From: Catajapyx aquilonaris | Lineage: Eukaryota | Reading direction: 5' to 3' | NCBI GenBank assembly: GCA_000934665.2 | Contig: KZ538508.1 | Coordinates: 1 to 64,000, forward strand | Length of the DNA stretch: 64,000 bases | Part shown: positions 56,311 through 64,000 of the stretch, in pieces | Position numbering within the stretch: the stretch's first letter is position 1 | Layout of the letters: every line of letters begins with the position of its first letter | The notes under the pieces: generated by a model | What the model was told of the DNA's origin: nothing | Databases searched by the model: none | Seen by the model: the letters and a program-made list of their open reading frames with translations, nothing else | Translations under genes and position numbers: made by a program

Positions 56311-58946
56311 CAAGGGAAGACCGTGACGTGTCACTAACAGATTTGGACAAAAATCGCTCTGTGGGTAACTCACATGTGTAGAATTCACTGGTGAACGTAA
56401 AAACCCACACTTCGCAGCCATTTTCGAGATATGAGTGACATCAGATCTGGCACGCTCAATATAGTGCATCCTCTTGCTCCCTTTTTAGACTTTTTATCAT
56501 CATCGAAAGTGATGACCTGCCCAAGCTCACCGACTTATTCAGCCTGATGATGGTGAGTATAGGCGTTGTAATAAATAAGAGGCCCCATATAAGTGTAACG
56601 TACTGCATCGCTCAAAAAAATTAAGATGATTTTGTGTTAAATCCAAAGCAAAATCGTCTCCATCTTCTTGAGCGATAGAAGTACATAAGGAAGGTGATGT
56701 CACGTATCGTTAGTGCCCTTCTTGTACGAATTTTAGTCATACTTAATTGACGACATACCAGTCACAAACATGATGTTTTACGAGGGGAGATCAAAATGTT
56801 TTGGGCCTGAGGTAGAAGGAATCAACGCACTGGGATGTACTGCCACCCAGACAAGGTGTCACTCACCATGATGACCCATGCAAAGTTGCATCAAGATTGC
56901 TTCATCCATTCCCGACCTACAGGCCTGAGAGTGCAGTCATGTGTGAGGCCACCAGCAAAATCGAGAAATTGGAGGTGCGCGCCGTCATCAAATACCTGTG
57001 CAAGAAAGGTATGACACCGAAGCAGATTTTCCAAGACATGCAGGCGACACTGGCTGATGGTGCCCCACCTTATACAACCATTAAGAACTGGGTTCAGCAA
57101 TTTCGCTTGGGGAGAGAAGACATCGAAGACAACCCCCGCGAAGATCGTCCTGCCACTGCAACCACCCTAGAAAAAGTTGACAAATTACACGACATGGTTC
57201 TTGAAAATCGACGATTGACTGTCCATGAGATAGCTTTGTCGATGGGCATATCTTACGATACCGTACAATCAATATTGACCGGTACCTAGGCGTTCCATAA
57301 CGTCTGCACCCAATGGGTACCGAGAATGTTGATGCCAGATCAGAAGAGGACTCGAGCGCTGATTTCTAAGACGTCCCTGGCCCGGTACAAAGCTGATCCT
57401 GACAAGTTTTTGGCACAGTATGTCACCCAAGACGAAACGTGGTTACACCATTATGATCTTGAGAGCAAAGCACAAAGCAAAGAGTGGCGGCATTCAGTTC
57501 CCCTCCCCCCCCGCAAGTTCCGAGTGCGACCATGGGGGGGTAAGGTGTTAGCAAGTGTTTTTTGGGATTCGGAAGGGGTGTTGCTTGTGGGACCTGGAAC
57601 ATGGGAAGACGATCACAGGCACCTAATATGCTGACCTTTTGAAGAAGCTGAGGGAAGCCATCAAGGAGAAAAGGCGAGGAAAGTTGCTGCGCGGAGTGCT
57701 GCTGCATCAAGATGATGCACCTGCACATTCTTCACGTGTTGCACAGTGCGCAGCTCATGATTGTGGCTTCGAGGTGCTTCACCATAACCCCTATTCACCA
57801 GACTTGGCCCCCTCCGATTTTTTTGGGGTTTCAAAGTTGAAGGAACACCTTCGTGGGAGGAAATATGGAGGAGACAAAGAGCTGGTAGCTGCAGTTGATG
57901 AGTGGTTGGGGGGGCAGGAGCAAAACTTTTTTTTGCTCGACATCCAAGGACTAGAACACAGATGGGAAAAGTGTTTTGAGCTAGGAGGGGACTACGTAGA
58001 AATGTGACCAAATTTGGTGATTGTCATGTGAATAAAAATATCTCAGGCCCAAGACTTTTTGATCCACCCTCGTACATTTTTGAGCATCAAGAAATTGCTA
58101 TGTAATTATTTTCATTCCGGCTTTCCACTTTATGTAGTTCTTCCTATGCAGGGGAAGGTATCATCATTCCAAGCCTCTACAGGTAATGTGTCAGTGTTTA
58201 ACGGAGTCCGTAAGGCGCCCATACTCGGCGAGAAACACACATGTGCCACATGACATTGAGCAGTATGTGCAGCCAAAAATAAAACCATGTTAAGAACCTG
58301 ACTAGAAAAAGGCGGGAGGGAGAAGGTGACAAAACAAGATTGGCAAATCATGTGAGTGTGATTAGAATAGACTTTTTCTCATTCTTTCAAGTATGAAACT
58401 TTATGGGTAATTTTTCCCCAAAGAAAGTAACATTGACGATGAAGTAGCCTAATTCAAGTTTAATAGTAGGCCTACTAAATTTACAAATTGTTACAAAAGA
58501 TTACAGTAGAACCCCTATTATCCGTCACGGGACTGAGGAATTGGTCTCAAACTCTGAAGTAGATTTGTGCAAATAGAGTGAACCCGGAAAACTGGAAGTG
58601 GCGGGTCACCGGAAGTTGGCCATGACACCTATTTAGGTCACATTTAATCCGAATCCGAAAACCGTATGCCACTATCTGTTGCAGTTGAGGCCCTGACACC
58701 TGTCAACAGACGGACAGACAGAGCCGTTCTAAGAGACTTTTTTTCGATGATGATAAAAAGTCTAAAAAGGGAGCAAGAGGATGCACTATATTGAGCGCGC
58801 CGTATCTGACGTCACTCATATATCGAAAATGGCTGCGAAGTGTGAGTTTTTACGTTCACCAATGAATTCTGCGCATGTGATTTACCCACTGAGCGATTTT
58901 TGTCCAAATCCGTTAGTGACACGTCATGGTCCCTTGTCTTCCCTTG
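56311..58946. mobile_element. Long-TIR element with CAAGGG termini and TGA TSD, hosting a mariner
   Basis: ~200-bp arms at 56311-56508 and 58742-58946; flanks C-TGA / TGA-G. Confidence 0.72.
56781..58072 (+). mobile_element. mariner transposon (DD34D, irritans/Himar-like), full length, transposase frameshifted
   Basis: TA TSDs; ~31-bp TIR CGAGGGGAGATCAAAATGTTTTGGGCCTGAG; fragments RAVIKYL, WVPR, VTQDETW, HQDDAPAH-x34-D (YSPDLAPSD), WEKCFELGGDYVE spread across three ORFs. Confidence 0.93.
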
Positions 58947-59380
58947 TGAGTACAACCTTATAGTGTGTTCAATACAAATTCGTTAGCAAACATGCTTGGA
59001 TAAAATGGCCAATCTCATCCTGCTCGTAGCCATTGGTCCTCTTGCATGCTTGCAGGACAGTGTTGGCCAGGCATGTCACACTCAAGCATCTCAAACTTTG
59101 GGTCTGTTTTCTTTGGGGCATGAAACATCTGGATAAGAGTGAAGCTGGCAGGTGAGACACGCTTTATTTTATTTTGATTGATTGGGAAGAAGGCTTTCTC
59201 TGCATCTGTCACATTTCTTATGCTAATCACTCAACCGTGCAATGGAACACAGAGTTCTTCACCTTTGCTGTCATACAGACCTCTGAAGGACTTGAACTCC
59301 ACCAGTTGGACATTGAAGATGCCTAAAAGGACTTATGACTAGAGCAAATGTATTATGGTATATTACCATAGTTGTACTGT

Positions 59381-59479
59381 ATGTACTATGGGCGCCAAAA
59401 GAATTGACTGGAGTTGATGGGTATATAGCGCCATATACCCATCAAATCCGGTCAATTCTTTTGTCGCCCTTAGTACATG
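59381..59479. repeat. ~100-bp palindrome (mini-MITE)
   Basis: GTACTATGGGCGCCAAAAGAATTGAC...TTGATGGGTATAT / ATATACCCATCAA...GTCAATTCTTTTGTCGCCCTTAGTAC. Confidence 0.65.
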
Positions 59480-59665
59480 TATGGACATAATAGCAGTCCT
59501 CGGGCTGCCCATGCCGGAAAATTTTTAAAGGACTGCTATTATGTCCAGCTGTGAACAACACTAACCTTTCTTCTGATAGGCTCATTCTTTCCGTCGGATG
59601 TGTGTCTGACCTGATAGTATTGCTTTCTCTCGCACTACCTGAGTGTGGCGGGAGTGTACAATGTA

Positions 59666-59876
59666 CACCCGCGAGCATAAAAATGGAGACGGCAGGCCCT
59701 CACCTTCGGCAGGCTGCTCTGCCAATTGCAGCTATTACGGTAGCAAATATACTGTCATAAATACACGAACACACGCATGATGCAGCTAACTTGGTCCCAA
59801 AAGAGTTCATTAATTTGAGTCGGATAAAGAAAGGTCAAAAAAGGGCCTGCCGTCTCCATCTTTATGCTCGCGGGGG
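59666..59876. mobile_element. Small TIR MITE
   Basis: CCCGCGAGCATAAAAATGGAGACGGCAGGCCC / GGGCCTGCCGTCTCCATCTTTATGCTCGCGGG, TA-flanked. Confidence 0.6.
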
Positions 59877-60531
59877 TACATAGTATGAAGTATGTGCCAT
59901 CTATGCATGAAGATTAGTACTATGTGGTAAATTGGCGGGCCATCTCATTAAAGTCTTTTAATTGTCACTGTAATACTGATTAATTATAGGTTTTGCCCAA
60001 TTTTGGCAATTGCTTCACTAGTTAATAATATTTACACAGTATGCAACACCCTCCTTGCACGGCTGTGGACGTAGTACCAGATCTCTCACCTATATGTCAC
60101 GTGCTGCACACTACTGATGATCCCCGCGGTCAAATAGAGGCACAAACACAAATCAATTAGATGTCCTGATTAGGCAGTTTGAAGCGATATATTCGCTGAC
60201 CTCCATGTCAAACATAATTGTGGCGGTTATGTAAGCTGAGCAAAGGTCAGGATATTTCGATAGCATATTGTACTGCAGTTTCTAAATCATAGCATTAATG
60301 AATTGAATGAATTCAATATAGAGATACACTTAAAATTCAGTCAGTGTGCATCTTGTTTTATTCTCACACACAATGCTAATCAGGTACATGATAATTTCAA
60401 TGTCAAAAGCTAAAAAAAAGTTTCTAACTCCAGCATCAGGAACAAAATCATGAACACAAAAAATCTAACTTAAAACATGTCGTACTTTTTTTTAAACTAC
60501 TTTGTACTTCAGGCATAATAATTGTAAACTG

Positions 60532-61976
60532 TTAAACTGCATGCTTGCAAAGCAATGACTGGTCGACTGGTTGTGCCTCCACTTCTGACGGGTCATGCTG
60601 GGTCACGTCCTTGGTGTAAACATGGCTCACGAGACAATCTCCTGCCTGCAAGCAGTTCAGTTAATAAAAGCACAATGTTGTCATACCTGTGCCCGATTGC
60701 ACCAACCAAAATTACAGATCCGATAGCTCCTAATGGATCGTTAGGAGCCCTAGCTTTTAACGTGTCCTATCTATCTGTTAGGAGCTATCGAATCGGTAAT
60801 TTCGTTGGTGCAATCAGGCCCTAGTGTCCTTACATATGGCGCTATCCCGATAAGAGAGTCTGCATGGCTGTACAACTCGCTCTTCAGAGAGTTGATGATC
60901 ACCTGAACTGACTTGCTGTTATCGCAGATGTAGTTGGCCATCTTACTTATATTGGGATTGTCAAGAGACACGTCAATCTCAGGAAAGACTAACCCTTACT
61001 GGCGTGCGGAACGCGGCATGGGGAGTGGTGGCAGCTTGGCTATGTCGCAAAGGCAGATTGATTTTTTGGATTTTGGAAGGGGTATGCTGTACCAACCTAA
61101 CCTAACCTTCCTTCCTTGCGGATATACAGACCTATCTTAGCGACACAGCCCGCTGCCCCCACCAACTACTACCCTCCTGCCTCCCGCACGCCAGTAAGAG
61201 CAAGTACAGCCCAATCTCATCCATCAGCAGCAATGGGGTAGTTGGGTTGTCATACTTGGACAATTGAAAAGGCTACGTACACTAGGCAACTAGCATGTCG
61301 TATAACTGACTTGTGTATGGCGAACATAAGTGCGAGAGCAGTAAGTGTCTTCTCACCTCCGGACATGTCGCTCACAGAGAAGAACCGCTTACCTGGAGGG
61401 ATGCAGGTGACCTCAATCCCATTCAGGTATGGCTCTTCTGGGTTTTGTGGAGCCAAAAGAACCTGGGCTGAATCGTTCCTACACAACACCTTAAAAAGTG
61501 TCTTGTACTGAATCATTGCCATAAAATGTCAAGTGTAAGTGCAGCTGCTTCAGCCAAGTATCAAGTGCAGCTTTGTATTTTACAGAACAAGAGCACACCT
61601 TGTATATCTTGTCAAGCTCTGAAATAGTGTGGTCGAAACATTGCATGAAGAGGTGATGTCGTCTCCTTGACTTTTTCAAAGTCCTCCTTGGCCTTACGGA
61701 CTGCCCTACAAGTGTCCTTAAATTCCCCCATGGCCGTGTTCATCCTTGCTTGGGCCATGCGCACCATTTCCTCCGCCTGAAAAATATGAAACAATTCAAA
61801 CATGTCCTCCTATGGTATGCAATGATTGACTAACCCGCATGTTCGGAACGTATGAGTTGTTGAATAGTCGTTTCAGTTCTGTGATCTCGTAGGAAAGCAT
61901 GTATCTGACCTCTCTGAACTCGTCTTTTCCAAGAAGTTTGTTCTCATCTAGCAATGTCGAGTAGTCTATCACTATC
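60532..61976 (-). pseudogene. SMC1: SMC1-like cohesin subunit, C-terminal ATPase-head exons, disrupted (5' part not seen in window)
   Basis: Exons 61976-61835 (IVIDY...PNMR), 61776-61599, 61489-61311 ([12 protein letters not shown]...PPGKRF...[18 protein letters not shown]), ~61254-60834 (LLLMDEIDVSLDN...SLK), 60645-60532 (GDCLVS...TAA). Frameshift near 61663, apparent phase mismatch at 61254, and a 230-bp insertion in Walker B. Confidence 0.82.
60982..61211. mobile_element. MITE with GG termini and 8-bp TSD (Merlin- or Mutator-like)
   Basis: TSD CAATCTCA (60974-60981, 61212-61219); 28-bp imperfect TIR with perfect core CTTACTGGCGTGCGG; internal AACCTAACCTAACC. Confidence 0.75.
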
Positions 61977-62713
61977 CTGTAACAAAATTCAAGTTGGCTG
62001 AACCAAGAGCTGATAATAGCAAGTAGAAACTAGGGAGGTTCCTTGTGGATACCCTTTACGTTAGGCCTATAAAATTATTCTAGCTTTTTTATTTTCTCTA
62101 ACATTATCCTCCATCCTCCCGAAAAAGTAAAAATAAGCCAAAGTTTGTCACTATCTGTGATAGATTACCTGCTTCGGTAATAGCATAGTCGATGCAGATA
62201 TGCTGATTGGATGTGTAAAAAGAGGAATGTGGATAGAGTTTGCCCAGGAAAAGACTGCACAGCCATGTGTTTTGCTGAAATATACGTACCGCTACCTTTA
62301 CCAGCACCCCAACATACCTGGACAACGCCGGGTAAACCCACGGTTGTTTGTAAGTTTGTAAGTAATATACCACTGCCATAAAGAATAAAGCCAATTTCTG
62401 CACAATGTCAGTTGAAGTTACCAGATCGTAAAATTTTGCCCCCAAAGAGTGTGAGACTTGTCCTTAATTGTCAAATTAATTAGTGTGAATATGTGGTCAG
62501 GTAGCCTGGTCAAACAAACAAAGCAGATTTGAATTGACAGTTAGGAGCAGCTTTGAGTGTCTGCCACCAGGATCACTAGTGTGACAGGAAGTGGAAGTGG
62601 TGGGCTGCATTACACCCATTGCATTGGACCCATCCAATTTTCTCCAACCTTACCCCATTGTGCTGTGTTGGATAAGCCCAACCGTGTGGAAGATAACCGG
62701 TGAAGAGATCAAG

Positions 62714-63343
62714 ATGGAGGCGCAGACCATGTATAACTTGATACAGGCTATGAATGCATTCATGGATGGACTATCGGCATTCATGGATGGACTGTCGCCC
62801 CTCATGTGGTTCGGACAACCTTCCCGATGTCTAGTCCAGCAGATGACTATGCGGACTCAGATTTTGGAATCCATGAGTGCCATGCTTGCAGGGATTGAGA
62901 GAGACATGGCTGCCATGGCCAGAATCGTGGTATGAATCTAAACCTTCTACTCTCTTATGTCTTAAGGCCTGTGAAGCATTTAGCTTAAACCCAGTTTAAA
63001 GTAGCATTGCAACATATGGCACAAATTATGTTTACCACGGATTCTTTATTTCGCAGCTGGAGAAAAGACGTTCACGTAATGCAGGGGCAGGCCCTGCAAA
63101 TGTGGGTGAAGGCGGTAGTGTTGGGCAGCAACCTTTGATGAAATCCGTTGGCACTCAGACCGATGTAGTTAATGATGGCGAAGAGCCAATGATGGTTTCA
63201 AGCAGTACCCAAACTTGTTATACTGATGTTCCCAAGCCACCAGATGCTGAGGTTAGAACCGAAAAAAATTCATTTGTTGTGTAACTTTGAATCACCTGCA
63301 GATGATTATTCCTTGTGAGGAGGGGAACTTTAGGCTGCATTTA
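62714..63343 (+). CDS. Unknown spliced protein with two TQT motifs; 3' end unresolved
   Basis: AAGATGG start; exons 62714-62929 (GTATGA donor), 63057-63251 (TTTCGCAG acceptor, GTTAGA donor) and 63302- join in phase 0; KSVGTQT and SSSTQT; third exon runs into a MITE at ~63344. Confidence 0.5.
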
Positions 63344-64000
63344 AGCTGCGTTTACATGTTAGCGATTTATCAGCGATATTGCAGCAATGTTCTATCGGGT
63401 TCAAATACTTTTGGCCACTTGATCCTGGTCTTGAAGCAACCCTTCGCACAGACCCCACGTTAAGGAGGTGTGTGTGTGTGTGTGGACGCGTATTGCTATC
63501 CTTGTGAGGAATTTTTGACGCGTTTTTCCTATCCTTGTGAGGAATTTTGTCATTACGAGGTAGTTTTCCTGTACCTCATAGTGAACACATGCCTCACAAG
63601 GATAGGGAAAAATCGAAAAATACCTCATAAAGACAGTAAAAATATATTTCACCAAAATTTCGTGTTTCCTTGTAGGTTAGGTTAGTTTTAAATTTTGGAA
63701 AAACCTCTCAAGGATAGGAATGTGTGTGTGTGTGTGTGTGTAAGGGTTGCTTCAAGACCAGGATAAAGTGGCCAAAAGTATTTGAACCCCATAGTACATC
63801 GCTAAGCAAAAGTAATAATGGTGGTAACTATTTATTTTTGCTCCAAGCAATTGGTCCCATCGCTCATTGATGTATATTGCTGATAAATTGCTCGCATGTA
63901 AACGAGGCTTTACATGTGAGTGATTGGCTCAGCCATGAGCATCACTGGGCGATGAAACCAATTGTTTGAGGCAAAAGTAACAATCAGTTTTTGCCCCCAA

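Noticed and set aside
58969..60210. Exon-like minus-strand segments with splice signals
   Set aside because: Could not be joined into a consistent ORF or a recognisable protein.

Overview
Eukaryotic, TE-rich animal genomic DNA, probably arthropod (inferred from gene structure and TE content). Three intact spliced + strand genes: the 3' part of an hnRNP U/U-like gene (SPRY, P-loop and RGG/GYQ tail; 408-22580), an aldo-keto reductase (31062-36186) and CEBPZ/Mak21/Noc1 (36766-53625). The 3' part of a divergent SMC1-like gene (minus strand, 60532-61976) carries a frameshift and a MITE inserted in its Walker B motif. Features not visible in the ORF track: two intronic box C/D snoRNAs with 28S rRNA guides in the hnRNP U-like gene (one SNORD52/snR78-like), an orphan 3-exon antisense gene nested in an AKR intron, and an orphan spliced gene with two TQT (LC8-type) motifs near the right end. 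Mobile DNA includes a long-TIR Tc1 (DD34E), two mariner relics, tRNA-derived SINEs with TSDs, many MITEs (piggyBac-, Kolobok-, hAT- and Tc1/pogo-like), three elements sharing CAAGG(G) termini and C-TNA-G target sites, and a MITE resembling mammalian Tigger3/MER2. All homology calls come from motif recognition and recall; no database search was run.
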